64,000 nt of DNA from an uncultured Akkermansia sp. Lineage in GTDB: Bacteria > Bacteroidota > Bacteroidia > Flavobacteriales_D > Crocinitomicaceae. Under the pieces are notes generated by a model. That model had not been told where the DNA came from and searched no databases. It worked only from the letters and a program-made list of their open reading frames with translations. Shown piece after piece: positions 1-10,800 of this stretch. Where the stretch lies: positions 74,004 to 138,003 of the forward strand of contig CAZQKN010000007.1 in NCBI GenBank assembly GCA_964593935.1. Reading direction: 5' to 3'. The first letter of the stretch is position 1. Each line of letters opens with the position of its first letter. The position numbers and the translations under genes were made by a program.

Positions 1-455
1 GGGATCTTCCAAAAGTTGGAGACAAGGCACCAGATTTCGAACTTAAAAAAGCTGATCTTTCAGCTACCACTTTATCCGATTACCAGGGTCAGTCTTTGAT
101 CCTGAATATTTTTCCTAGCATAGACACAGCAACATGTGCAGCTTCAGTTAGAGAGTTCAACAAGCGAGCTGCTGGACTACCAAACACCAAAGTACTTTGT
201 GTGTCACGAGATCTTCCTTTTGCGCAAAAAAGGTTCTGTGGAGCTGAAGGAATCGAAAACGTGTTGACAGCATCAGATTTTGCAAACGGAGAATTCGGAA
301 AGAATTATGGCCTTGAATTACAGAACGGGCCTCTTGAGGCATTACATGCAAGAGCGGTTGTTGTAGTAGATGCTAATGGCATTGTTAAACATACGGAACT
401 CGTTTCAGAGATCGCGGATGAACCAAACTATGACGCAGCACTTGCAGCGATCTAA
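1..455 (+). CDS. tpx: thiol peroxidase (Tpx-type peroxiredoxin), 5' end cut by window edge
   Basis: The reading frame is open from base 3 (DLPKVGDKAPDFEL...). It has the Tpx motifs PSIDTATC and SRDLPFAQKRFC. Stop is TAA at 453-455. Confidence 0.9.
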   Translation, partial: DLPKVGDKAPDFELKKADLSATTLSDYQGQSLILNIFPSIDTATCAASVREFNKRAAGLPNTKVLCVSRDLPFAQKRFCGAEGIENVLTASDFANGEFGKNYGLELQNGPLEALHARAVVVVDANGIVKHTELVSEIADEPNYDAALAAI

Positions 456-477
456 TACAACAAATTATTCCTAAAAC

Positions 478-508
478 AAAAAAAACCGACTATTCAGTCG
501 GTTTTTTT
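478..508. terminator. bidirectional rho-independent terminator between convergent tpx and accC
   Basis: Stem AACCGAC (484-490), loop TATTCA, stem GTCGGTT (497-503). An A-run lies upstream and a T-run downstream. Confidence 0.7.
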
Positions 509-528
509 GTTTGTATCTACTTAATCAA

Positions 529-1863
529 CTAGAATTCAAATGTATCCATAAACTTGGTTGTGAAGTTTCCTTTACGGAAATCAGGATCGTCCATTAATTT
601 CTGATGGAATGGGATCGTTGTTTTAATTCCCTCGATGATGTACTCATCCAAAGCGCGTTTCATTTTAAGGATTGCTTCCTCGCGCGTCTGAGCAACAACG
701 ATCAACTTACCGATCATTGAGTCGTAATTCGGTGGAATTGTATATCCTGCGTATGCATGCGTATCGATGCGCACTCCATGTCCACCCGGTGAATGGTATG
801 AAGTGATCTTACCAGGAGACGGACGGAAGTCAGCATATGGATCTTCCGCATTGATACGACACTGGATCGCATGCAGATGAGGATAATAATTCTTACCTGA
901 GATCTTTTCCCCTGCAGCGATCTTGATCTGCTCCTTGATCAGGTCATAATCAATTACTTCTTCTGTGATCGTATGCTCAACCTGAATTCTCGTATTCATT
1001 TCCATGAAATAGAAGTCACGATGCTTGTCTACAAGGAACTCAACGGTACCAACACCTTCGTATTTCACCGCTTTAGCAGCTTTGATCGCAGCTTCACCCA
1101 TGCGCTCACGTAACTCCTCTGTCATAAAAGGCGATGGTGTTTCTTCCACCAACTTCTGATGACGTCGCTGGATCGAACAATCTCGTTCCGACAAGTGACA
1201 TGCGTTACCATATTGGTCTCCCGCAATCTGTATTTCAATGTGACGTGGTTCTTCGATGTACTTCTCCATGTAGATCCCGTCGTTTCCAAAGGCAGCACCA
1301 GCTTCCTGACGTGCGGAATCCCATGCAGCCTCAAGATCTTCCTCTTTCCACACTATACGCATACCTTTTCCACCACCACCAGCGGTAGCTTTAAGGATCA
1401 CAGGGTATTTAACAACCAATGCTGTCTTGCGTGCGTCTTCAAGATCTTTCAATAATCCTTTAGAACCGGGAATACATGGCACTCCCGCTTTGATCATCGT
1501 AGCTTTCGCTGTAGCTTTATCACCCATTCCGGCGATCTGTTCAGGTAATGCTCCAATGAACTTGATCCCATGCTCCTGACAAACCTTCGAGAACTTTTCG
1601 TTTTCAGAAAGGAATCCATATCCCGGATGGATGGCATCCGCATTGGTGATCTCAGCAGCAGCAATAATATTCGGAATTGATAGATAAGACAGCTTTGAAA
1701 CAGCCGGACCGATACATACTGCCTCGTCAGCAAAACGTACCGGTAATGAATCTTTATCCGCAGTAGAGTAAACCGCTACGGTTTTAATTCCCATCTCCTT
1801 ACAGGTACGAATAACACGTAACGCGATCTCTCCCCTGTTGGCGATCAATATTTTTTTGAACAT
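529..1863 (-). CDS. accC: acetyl-CoA carboxylase biotin carboxylase subunit
   Basis: 444 aa, starting [26 protein letters not shown]. The ATP-grasp region and the full length are typical of AccC. Confidence 0.97.
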   Translation of the reverse strand: MFKKILIANRGEIALRVIRTCKEMGIKTVAVYSTADKDSLPVRFADEAVCIGPAVSKLSYLSIPNIIAAAEITNADAIHPGYGFLSENEKFSKVCQEHGIKFIGALPEQIAGMGDKATAKATMIKAGVPCIPGSKGLLKDLEDARKTALVVKYPVILKATAGGGGKGMRIVWKEEDLEAAWDSARQEAGAAFGNDGIYMEKYIEEPRHIEIQIAGDQYGNACHLSERDCSIQRRHQKLVEETPSPFMTEELRERMGEAAIKAAKAVKYEGVGTVEFLVDKHRDFYFMEMNTRIQVEHTITEEVIDYDLIKEQIKIAAGEKISGKNYYPHLHAIQCRINAEDPYADFRPSPGKITSYHSPGGHGVRIDTHAYAGYTIPPNYDSMIGKLIVVAQTREEAILKMKRALDEYIIEGIKTTIPFHQKLMDDPDFRKGNFTTKFMDTFEF

Positions 1864-1875
1864 AATTTACAGTTT

Positions 1876-1910
1876 AGAATTCAGGACTCAGAATTCAGAA
1901 TTAACGAATA
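1876..1910. repeat. 7-bp-periodic tandem repeat in the accB-accC spacer
   Basis: Units are AGAATTC AGGACTC AGAATTC AGAATTA ACGAATA, read directly from the sequence. It contains two EcoRI-type GAATTC palindromes. Confidence 0.6.
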
Positions 1911-1912
1911 AA

Positions 1913-2401
1913 TTAAGCCGGCTCAACAAGGAACAACGGCTGATCGTACTCAACTGGTGATGCGTCATCAACCAATACTTTAACGATCTTTCCTGAAACT
2001 TCTGATTCGATCTCGTTGAACAACTTCATGGCTTCGATGATACAAAGTGTACTTCCCTTGCTGATCGTATCACCTACGTTAGCAAAAGGTGCTTTGTCCG
2101 GCCCTGAAGCACGGTAGAACGTCCCGATCATCGGCGACTTAACCGTGATCAGTTTTGAATCATCTGCAGGAGCTTCAGCTGCAGGTGCGGGTGCAGCTGC
2201 AACAGGTGCAGGCGCAGGGGCAGCTGCTACGGGTGCAACAGGTAAAGCTGCAGGAGCTGTGGCCTGAACAATTATAGGCTGATCTGCCTTCTTTGATTCC
2301 GCTTTTATCGTGATCTTGAAATCCTTTCTTTCGATCTCTACTTCTGTAACCCCTGATTTTGCAACAAACTTGATCAGGTCTTGAATTTCATTCAGATTCA
2401 T
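1913..2401 (-). CDS. accB: acetyl-CoA carboxylase biotin carboxyl carrier protein
   Basis: 162 aa with an Ala/Pro-rich linker and the C-terminal biotinyl-lysine motif EAMKLFNEIE. Confidence 0.95.
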   Translation of the reverse strand: MNLNEIQDLIKFVAKSGVTEVEIERKDFKITIKAESKKADQPIIVQATAPAALPVAPVAAAPAPAPVAAAPAPAAEAPADDSKLITVKSPMIGTFYRASGPDKAPFANVGDTISKGSTLCIIEAMKLFNEIESEVSGKIVKVLVDDASPVEYDQPLFLVEPA

Positions 2402-2440
2402 ATTTTTCGATTTTATCGTGTAAAAATAATTCTTTTCGAT

Positions 2441-3424
2441 TTAGTAAGCCCATTTCAAATAAACGGCCCCCCAGGTAAACCCACCACCAAAAGCTGACAA
2501 AATTAATGTATCACCTTTTTTCAACTGGCTTTCATAATCCCACAGACACAAGGGAAGAGTACCTGCAGTGGTGTTCCCATATTTCTGAATGTTGATCATC
2601 ACTTTTTCTTTTGACAATCCCATTCGATCTGCTGTTGCATCAATAATGCGCAAATTAGCCTGATGAGGAACAAGCCAATCGACATCCTCGCTTGTCAAAT
2701 TGTTCTTCTCCATGATCTCAGCTGAAACCTCAGCCATGTTCGTCACGGCAAATTTGAAAACTTGTTTTCCTTCCTGTTTTACATAGTGAAGACGCTCTTC
2801 TACAGTCTGATGAGATGGTGGCATTGCAGATCCACCAGCTGGCTGAATAAGGTATTCTCTTCCAGAACCATCGCTTCGGAGGATGAAGTCCATGACTCCA
2901 AGTCCTTCCTCATTTGGCTCCAACAAAACAACACCTGCACCGTCACCAAAAATTACACACGTTGCTCTGTCCTCGTAATCAAGGATAGCTGACATTTTAT
3001 CCACACCGATCACTAATACCTTCTTGTGTCGACCAGTTTCAATGAACTGTGCTCCGGTTGCCAATGCATATATGAACCCTGAACATGCAGCTGTGAGGTC
3101 ATAGCCCCAGGCATTTTTCATTCCAACCTTGTCACATACTACATTGGCAGTACTTGGAAAATGATAATCTGCTGTAACTGTTCCAACGATCACCAATTCG
3201 ATATCAAGGGGGTCAATGCCTTTTTTCTCGAGTAGCTGACGAACCGCTTCCGCAGCCATGTCCGATGCAGCCCCCTCCTTCATGATCCGTCTTTCCTTGA
3301 TCCCTGTTCGAGTGGTGATCCACTCATCTGTAGTATCAACGATCTTAGCCAGATCATCATTGGTCATCACATGTTCGGGCACATAACCCTGAACTCCCGT
3401 GATCGCTGCTGTTATCTTTCCCAT
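2441..3424 (-). CDS. fabH: beta-ketoacyl-ACP synthase III
   Basis: Has the active-site Cys motif TAACSGF, HQANLRI and GNTTAGT. I prefer the ATG at 3424 ([11 protein letters not shown]...), which lies 1 nt after the plsX stop. An alternative ATG is at 3442. Confidence 0.93.
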   Translation of the reverse strand: MGKITAAITGVQGYVPEHVMTNDDLAKIVDTTDEWITTRTGIKERRIMKEGAASDMAAEAVRQLLEKKGIDPLDIELVIVGTVTADYHFPSTANVVCDKVGMKNAWGYDLTAACSGFIYALATGAQFIETGRHKKVLVIGVDKMSAILDYEDRATCVIFGDGAGVVLLEPNEEGLGVMDFILRSDGSGREYLIQPAGGSAMPPSHQTVEERLHYVKQEGKQVFKFAVTNMAEVSAEIMEKNNLTSEDVDWLVPHQANLRIIDATADRMGLSKEKVMINIQKYGNTTAGTLPLCLWDYESQLKKGDTLILSAFGGGFTWGAVYLKWAY

Positions 3425-3425
3425 A

Positions 3426-4364
3426 TCAATTAAATGCTTCATTCACACGCATTGCCAGACCTGATTTAGCCACTTCATAGGCGTGTTTGATCATATTTTT
3501 CACGGCAATATCATTGGAGATTCCGTGACCAATTATCACGTTACCTTTCACACCTAAAATTGGTGTCCCGCCGTAGTTTTCGTAGTTAAAACGATCGAAA
3601 TACTCATCACGAATACCTCTTTTCCGCATAAGCGTATAAATACCCTCTGCCTCTTTCAATACAACATTTCCGGTAAAACCATCACATACGATCACGTCTG
3701 CCTTACCTAAAAAGATGTCCCGACCTTCCAAATTACCAATAAAATTGATCTCATCTGACTCTGCCATCAATTTATGAGCGGCCAAGGTCAAAAGGTTGCC
3801 TTTGGTTTCTTCTTCACCAATATTCAAAAGGGCAATTCTCGGTTTCTCTACTCCATACACATGATTGGCGTACAGCGCACCCAAAACTGCAAACTGATAC
3901 AAGACATCTGCCTTGCAATCAGCATTGGAGCCTACGTCCAACAGTATCGTTTTAGACCCGTCAATAGCCGGAAGGGTTGAGGTGATACAAGGTCTGATTA
4001 TACCAGGGATGGTGTTGATCTTATAGATCGATCCCACCAACATTGCCCCGGTGTTACCGGTTGAAGCAAAGGCCTGAATCTCCTTGGCAGCCAACAGATC
4101 AAAACCGACAGAGATACTGCTGTTTGGTTTCTGTGGTATAGCCCGGGTTGGGTGATCATGCATGGTGATCACATCCGGTGCGTGAACGATCTCGTATTCA
4201 CCAGGATTCTCCCCCAACAAAGAAAGGCCACTAGAGATCTGATCCCTGTCGCCTAACAATACTAGCTGTACGTCTGTTGGAAGTTCTTTCCTGGCAAGAA
4301 CTGCACCTGCAACATTTGCGTCCGGTGCGAAATCTCCACCCAGTATATCAATTCCAATCTTCAT
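3426..4364 (-). CDS. plsX: phosphate acyltransferase PlsX
   Basis: 312 aa, starting [14 protein letters not shown], with a full-length PlsX-like sequence. It sits in the conserved rpmF-plsX-fabH order. Confidence 0.95.
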   Translation of the reverse strand: MKIGIDILGGDFAPDANVAGAVLARKELPTDVQLVLLGDRDQISSGLSLLGENPGEYEIVHAPDVITMHDHPTRAIPQKPNSSISVGFDLLAAKEIQAFASTGNTGAMLVGSIYKINTIPGIIRPCITSTLPAIDGSKTILLDVGSNADCKADVLYQFAVLGALYANHVYGVEKPRIALLNIGEEETKGNLLTLAAHKLMAESDEINFIGNLEGRDIFLGKADVIVCDGFTGNVVLKEAEGIYTLMRKRGIRDEYFDRFNYENYGGTPILGVKGNVIIGHGISNDIAVKNMIKHAYEVAKSGLAMRVNEAFN

Positions 4365-4389
4365 GAAGAAGAATTAGCGTTGAACAGTA

Positions 4390-4581
4390 TTAAACTGCTA
4401 CTTCTTTTTCTGCAACAACTTTCCCTTTGTAGTAAAGTTTACCTTCATGCCAGTATGCATGGTGGAAAAGGTGCGGTTGACCTGTCGTAGGACAAGTAGC
4501 GATGTTCTTCGCAACGGCCTTTACGTGAGTTCTTCTCTTGTCACGTCTCGTTCTCGATATTTTTCGCTTAGGATGTGCCAT
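4390..4581 (-). CDS. rpmF: 50S ribosomal protein L32
   Basis: 63 aa, starting [17 protein letters not shown]. Confidence 0.95.
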   Translation of the reverse strand: MAHPKRKISRTRRDKRRTHVKAVAKNIATCPTTGQPHLFHHAYWHEGKLYYKGKVVAEKEVAV

Positions 4582-4604
4582 TTTACTTTATTTATCGTGT
4601 TCTA

Positions 4605-5204
4605 TTAATTCAAATTTTTCAATGCGGACCAACGGGGATCTATCGGATCATCATCGTCATCATCCTCTTCCTCATCGTCCCAGTCATCATCGTCCCAGTC
4701 ATCTTCATCCCAATCTTCATCGTCCAGATCTTCATCATCCTCTTCCGATTGGGTTGTGCCCGAATATTCTTTTAACAAGGCGATCATCTCTTCATTACAC
4801 TCCCCTTTCGGATGGATCACTCGCGTCGGAAGTGATACCGTGATGAATTCATAGATGTTATCGCGTAAATCGATCTCGTAAGCATCAGGGTGAAGTACAA
4901 CCAGTGACTCGTCGAATTCAGGCTCATTGCCGAACTTGAAGATCAACTGATAACTTCCCTTGACAGGTACTTCGATCGGATCATTACAACGGTCGCAACT
5001 TGTATTTACAACACCTTCGATCGTAAACTGACCAATAAGCATTGTCTCTTTCTTTTCCAGGGTCAAATGCACCTGAACGTTGCCACTGTGTATGATCGAA
5101 TATTCGATCTCTTCAAAGAACTTATCTGTTATTTCGAATTCAAAATCATGGAAACCTGGCTTTAGGCCAATAAACGGTATCACATATGTTCTTTTCGACT
5201 TCAA
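4605..5204 (-). CDS. YceD/DUF177 family protein with a long acidic Trp-containing insertion
   Basis: It lies directly upstream of rpmF, as yceD does. It has a CDRCNDP Cys motif and a C-terminal DPRWSALKNL motif. The start is TTG at 5204, with no in-frame ATG nearby. The tail reads EEDDEDLDDEDWDEDDWDDDDWDDEEEDDDDDD. Confidence 0.8.
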   Translation of the reverse strand: MKSKRTYVIPFIGLKPGFHDFEFEITDKFFEEIEYSIIHSGNVQVHLTLEKKETMLIGQFTIEGVVNTSCDRCNDPIEVPVKGSYQLIFKFGNEPEFDESLVVLHPDAYEIDLRDNIYEFITVSLPTRVIHPKGECNEEMIALLKEYSGTTQSEEDDEDLDDEDWDEDDWDDDDWDDEEEDDDDDDPIDPRWSALKNLN

Positions 5205-5289
5205 AACGCCAGAAAATCGGAGGGCAAAGGTAACACTTTTAACGAAACCCTGTTAATATCCTCCATTTTTTTCATATTAATTATTCATT

Positions 5290-6390
5290 TTACTCTATCT
5301 CACTTCCGGAACGCTTGCGTTCTTTCGGTGAGATCTGTAATGAATTGGCCGATATTTCTCTATATCTCTTTCTGTCCCGGAAAACATCCATCGCTACATA
5401 CATTGCACTGCGGAACGACTGTTCTGATGCTTTGTCCTGACCGGCAATATCAAATGCTGTCCCATGATCTGGTGATGTTCTGACGATCGGAAGTCCCGCT
5501 GTATAATTCACCCCTTCTTCGAAGGCCAGTGCTTTGAAAGCCGACAGACCTTGATCATGATACATGGCTAGAACTCCGTCAAATTGTGAGCGAGCAGCAG
5601 AACCAAAGAAACCATCAGCAGGGTAAGGACCGAATGCCAAGATGTCCTCATTGCGAGCTGCATTGATCGCCGGAGCGATGATCTCCTGCTCTTCGGTTCC
5701 CATTTTTCCGTTCTCCCCTGCATGTGGGTTCAATCCCAAAACTGCAATCCGTGGACGAACGATCCCGAAATCCTTTTTCAAACAGTTCTCGAACATTTTA
5801 ATCTTAGCCAACACCTTTTCTCGTGTGATGGTCGCACTGACATCCTTTAATGCAATATGACTTGTCACCAGAGCCACTCTTAAAGAGGACGAAACCATCA
5901 CCATCAGCGCTTCAGCTTCACCGGCAAGATCAGCCAGGTATTCCGTATGACCTGGGAATTTAAAACCGGATCGGTTCATTGCATCTTTTGAAATAGGCGC
6001 TGTAACCAAAACATCGATCTTACCTGATCCAAGATCTTGTGTGGCTTGCTCCAGAGATAGAAACGCACATTTCCCTCCCGTTTCAGATACCTGTCCAGGC
6101 TCAATGGTCACCTCATCGTTCCATACATTGACAACATTGACTTTTCTGATGATCGCTTCATCTGCAGATTTGATCGACTGATAGTTGAAGTCGTTGTCAT
6201 TGAACATCTTCTTATAGAAAGAGAAAACCTTTCCGGAACCGTAAATTATCGGTGTACAATCAAGCAGGATACGAGGATCCTTAAGCGCCTTCATGATCAC
6301 CTCAGGACCGATCCCGTTGATGTCACCGATCGAAATACCGATCTTAACAGGGTTTGGATTACCGAGTTCCTTTTCCTTCTCTTTTTCCAT
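5290..6390 (-). CDS. pdxA: 4-hydroxythreonine-4-phosphate dehydrogenase
   Basis: 366 aa with motifs GDINGIGPEV, GHTEYLA and PDHGTAFDIAG. Its start overlaps the pepA stop by 1 nt. Confidence 0.9.
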   Translation of the reverse strand: MEKEKEKELGNPNPVKIGISIGDINGIGPEVIMKALKDPRILLDCTPIIYGSGKVFSFYKKMFNDNDFNYQSIKSADEAIIRKVNVVNVWNDEVTIEPGQVSETGGKCAFLSLEQATQDLGSGKIDVLVTAPISKDAMNRSGFKFPGHTEYLADLAGEAEALMVMVSSSLRVALVTSHIALKDVSATITREKVLAKIKMFENCLKKDFGIVRPRIAVLGLNPHAGENGKMGTEEQEIIAPAINAARNEDILAFGPYPADGFFGSAARSQFDGVLAMYHDQGLSAFKALAFEEGVNYTAGLPIVRTSPDHGTAFDIAGQDKASEQSFRSAMYVAMDVFRDRKRYREISANSLQISPKERKRSGSEIE

Positions 6391-7784
6391 TATTTCAACT
6401 TTTTCATAAAGTTATAAAGCATTCTGACACCTGTTCCGGTACCTCCCTGACCTTTGTAATCTTCTTTCGCATCGAGCCATGAAGGGCCGGCGATATCCAG
6501 GTGTATGTATGGGTATTTCGTAAAATGTTCGAGGAACTTCCCTGCAGTGATCATTCCGGCATTTGGTCCACCGAGATTTTTAAGGTCAGCGATCTTCGAT
6601 TTCATTTCTTCAGCATACTCATCCCAAAAAGGCAATCTGACGATACGTTCATGTGTTCGCTCACCTGATCGCTCAAGTTGCTGAAAAACCTTATCGTCCG
6701 CATTTCCCATCGCAACAGTTGCCTTTGTTCCGATCGCACGAACTGCTGCACCTGTAAGTGTAGCTACGCTGATCATCATCTCCGGTTTGTACTTGGAACC
6801 ATAAGCGAGTGCGTCTGCAAGGATCATTCTTCCTTCTGCATCTGTATTTAGCACCTCCACGGTTGTTCCGTCAAACATCGTGATAACATCACCTGGAGTA
6901 TAGGCATTCTGTCCGGGACGGTTGTCCGTCGCAGGGATCAAACCGATAACATGAACCTTCAATCCTTGCAAGGCTGCCAGGTAAATAGCTCCTGCAACAC
7001 CTGCCGCTCCGGCCATGTCACTTTTCATGACGTCCATAGAACCTGGCGTAGGTTTTAAACTTAAGCCTCCCGTATCATACACCACTCCCTTTCCTACAAG
7101 TACAATTGGTTTTTTATTGACTGCCTTTGCCGGCTTGTATTCCATGATGGTAAAGGTCGGCGGATCGATCGAACCTTTATTAACAGCAAGTAATCCACCC
7201 ATTTTAAGGGACTCGATCTGCGTTTTTCCAAGTGTCTGAACGCTAATTCCCGCTTCGGCACTGATAGTACTGATCTCCTCTGCCAGTTGTTCTGCATTCA
7301 AAAAAGAAACCGGTTCATTCACCATATTCCTTGCCCAGAAAACGGCTTTGGTGGTATTTGTCAGCTCCTGAAGCTGTTTCTTCGTAACGCTGGACGGCAA
7401 ATAGATCTTTTCCAGCTTTAGCGACTCTTTTTCTGCATTTTTACGGTACTTCAAAAAGCGATAAGAAGATAATAAGATCCCTTCCGTGAGACTCTCGATT
7501 GCATTAGCCTCTCCCTCGATGTAAAGTTCTGTCACCTTCGGATTAACAGCGTCCATCACTTTTGATCCTGCGATGCGCAAACTTTCATCTTTCTGATCTC
7601 CTTTAACGAGGAAGATGAATCCGTTTGCGGTCTTCAGATAATCGAAAGTTTCTTCTCCCGAACGAAAATTCCTAAGGTATTCGGTCAATTCCTCAGTGAG
7701 AAAAGAGTAGGTCTGTTCTTTTTTTCCGGTGATGATCACCAGATTATTTCCTAATTGTCCTGAATGTGAATGGAGCTGGATCAT
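6390..7784 (-). CDS. pepA: leucyl aminopeptidase (M17 family)
   Basis: 464 aa with the M17 signature NTDAEGRMILADAL. Confidence 0.92.
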   Translation of the reverse strand: MIQLHSHSGQLGNNLVIITGKKEQTYSFLTEELTEYLRNFRSGEETFDYLKTANGFIFLVKGDQKDESLRIAGSKVMDAVNPKVTELYIEGEANAIESLTEGILLSSYRFLKYRKNAEKESLKLEKIYLPSSVTKKQLQELTNTTKAVFWARNMVNEPVSFLNAEQLAEEISTISAEAGISVQTLGKTQIESLKMGGLLAVNKGSIDPPTFTIMEYKPAKAVNKKPIVLVGKGVVYDTGGLSLKPTPGSMDVMKSDMAGAAGVAGAIYLAALQGLKVHVIGLIPATDNRPGQNAYTPGDVITMFDGTTVEVLNTDAEGRMILADALAYGSKYKPEMMISVATLTGAAVRAIGTKATVAMGNADDKVFQQLERSGERTHERIVRLPFWDEYAEEMKSKIADLKNLGGPNAGMITAGKFLEHFTKYPYIHLDIAGPSWLDAKEDYKGQGGTGTGVRMLYNFMKKLK

Positions 7785-7833
7785 GGTTCTGTCCTTTGAA
7801 GTTCAAAGGTACAAACAATATGACAATGCGGGT

Positions 7834-10800
7834 CTATTCTCCCTCTTCCATTTCTACTTCTTCAATTACCTCTTCCGAACTTTCAGCATTCTCGTCATCA
7901 AAATTGTTGAGATTAACGTCATAGAATTCCTTGTTCAGCGCCTTGCCCATGCGGTAATTCGTGATCACAATATCGAGCAATTTCTCACGGTATCTAATCT
8001 CTTCCTCCAAATTGGGCAAGTTAGGATTCAAGCAGATATCACCAAGATATTTTGTTTTGGAAAGGTCTCCGGCTAACCAACGACCATTGCGTTTTCCAAG
8101 AACATACTCTCCTACCTGATTGAGCTTCCCGTAGGGATCATAGAATTTCCACACCCCTACAGGCAATCCATTTTCCATCTTTCCTTCGTTCATGAGTACA
8201 CCATTGTCGTAGTAATTTTTTACGTAACCGTTGAAAAGTCCCAAAGAATCATGTGCCTGCCAGATGGTCATCAGCTGTCTGATCTCATAATGATCGGTAT
8301 GTGAACAATCGTACTTCTCAAACTTTTCAATGATGTAACTCTCACTCAGTTTCTGACCCTTAGCGTTAAAATCGGTGAGGACACCTTTCGATTTGAATTT
8401 GATCGTGTCCTGAACGGTAATTACAGTGTCTGAGTAGTCTACTTCATATAACATTTCACCGTCATAATTGTAATATTTCCAGCAACCGGTCTTTTTCCCG
8501 AACGACAAGCTTCCATCCCGTGCCACTGTATCATTCGGATAGTATTTTGTCATATGGTAAGTGATCCCTCTTTTCTCGATCAAACTTGGTCGACCATAAT
8601 AAGGTCGCTGCAGTGCCTCTGTTCCGATTCCCATTTGATACAACATCCTATCAAGGGACTGTGTGGACGTAATGTCTTTAGGACGGAAAGTAATAGAATC
8701 TCTCCAATCGAAAAGATAGCGTACACTCAACTCATTTTCTTCCCAGATCTTTTCTTCCACCGGAAAAGAATACTGGAACTTCACGTAATGGTATTTCACG
8801 CCTAGCGAATCGAATGCCTCGTAATCATCAATCGGTTCACCGTTCAGGAAAAATCCTCTTTTTGCCAGTTTACCATTGGTATGGTATGAACGTGATTCAC
8901 CTTGCAGTAAGCCATCCTGAAAGTTCAATTCAAAAAGCAATAAGGAATCCTTTTTGGGCAGCGTGAGATAGGTTCGGATATACCCATCCAACGCGCCGAA
9001 TTCGTAACTCAGGTCGGTGTGAGCAAAGCTGTTGCGTTCGAAAGCCTTTCCATGTTTAGCTCCATCCACGTAATTCTCTTCCAGAAGCGTTTGACCAACC
9101 CAGTTATACACAATGTACTTACCTTGTTGAATTCCATTCTTGTATTCCGTTTCAGAAGCTAAATAGAAGGTTCTCTTGGAAGGAACAGTATCGTAAACAC
9201 GACCGTAACCTCTTGGTCTCGGATTAGCATAATCGTATTGCCTCACCGTTCCATGTATCTCTCCATTCAGATAGGGAATCTCTACGATCACCTGTCCGTC
9301 GGAGTCCTTCACTTTCCATAACCCCTGAGGCTTCCCTCCAACAAATGCACCTTCGATCCTGTCCGCTCCGGCACCGCCATTTCTTCTGCCAAGACGTGAA
9401 GGTCCTTCCATTTCGAAGTGAAAATCGTTGTAAGGATACTCCACATATGGCCGCACAAATCCACCAATCAAATTACTGAAAATGCTTCCTCCGAAATCCT
9501 CATCTGTTTCAGAAGCATCGATCAATCCAAGTAAAAGATCATTTCTGCACTTACACTTGTTTCTGTATCTCCTGATGTCCTTTTCAAGCTTCGAAGTTTG
9601 CGAATATGAACGAGGGAGATCCAAGGAAATACTCCCTGAAGAGGTTTTCAGGTCAAAGGAAGATTTGTTGAAACGAATATCGATCTTACCACTGAAAGGC
9701 ACATCCTTGCGGAAAAGCATCTGATCCTGAGTGGTTTCAAAATACTCATCGTATTGATTTACGTGCAACTGAGGGATAGTATCCGGCTCATAATATTCGA
9801 GAAATGAAGCCGATGTTTTAGTCTCAACCCGAAGATCACCGGCCCTGTAGACCGTTGAACCTGTCCAGCTTTGATAATCTTCCCCGAAAATGATCTCGGT
9901 TTCCAGCGGATTTGTCCCTTTCACGGAAACAAAGTTGAACTGCAGCTTGCGGTCTTCCGGCACAAAACTTCTGGAATACAACAAAGAGGTATCCATTTTA
10001 TACCAAGACCTGAAAAGGATAAGTGAATCCTTCAATTCGTTTTTCAGGGTGTCGACCTTGTCATAGAAAAAGTACTTCTCGTCAGGATTGTCGGAAACCT
10101 GAAGCCCATCGATAGTAATGAATCTCATTTTTTGCGGCTCAAAATCAACCCTTTTGAACACACCTATTGAATCGAAGATCAATCGCTTGTACAAGCTTCC
10201 CGTGTAATCGTACACACTTTGTACATAATGCGCCGAATCCTCATTGAATATAATTATATCGTAAGGTTTTCCGTTATCCCAAAAGATAGTGTCCTCACTT
10301 TGCAATTGTCCGTCTCCGAAAACGTAGCGCATCATGAGTTTTCCGTTAGGATAATATTTCTCATAGATACCGCGATAAGCAAATTTAACCCCAAGACTAT
10401 CTATCAATTTGGCATAAGGTATTTGCTCACCTGTCAAATAATCGTATTTCTTTCTGCCATACGTACTTCCTCCTCCTTCTTCTCTGTAATACTCTTCTTC
10501 CTCCTCGAAATACTCTTCTTCCATCAATTCCTCAGAAGCGTAATCCTCGGACCCTTCGTAGCTACTGATCTTTTCTTCTTCCATATCAAGATCGGATTCA
10601 ACAGGATATGCAAGTGAATAGAGCTTGTTAAAGTTGAAGGTCGGTTCGTACTTGGCATCAAAGTCATATTGGTTCGGTGCACCGTAGTAATACCTTTCTG
10701 AGAAAAGCTTGTAACGAATAAGTGCCTTTTTGACAACCGTATCTTTTTCCGCCAGAGTATATCGTAGCGTCACTACATCATTGTTTCTGATCCTTTTTCG

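Noticed and set aside
748-764. TGCGTATGCATGCGTAT, which contains two copies of the operator half-site TGCGTAT
   Set aside because: It lies inside the conserved accC coding sequence. The half-sites are direct rather than inverted repeats and have the wrong spacing.
4538-4843. Plus-strand ORFs encoding His/Pro-rich (HHRHHPLPHRPSHH...) and Ile/Val-rich peptides
   Set aside because: They are antisense translations of the GAT/GAC-rich acidic tail of the DUF177 gene. The low-complexity composition is an artefact of the opposite-strand codons.
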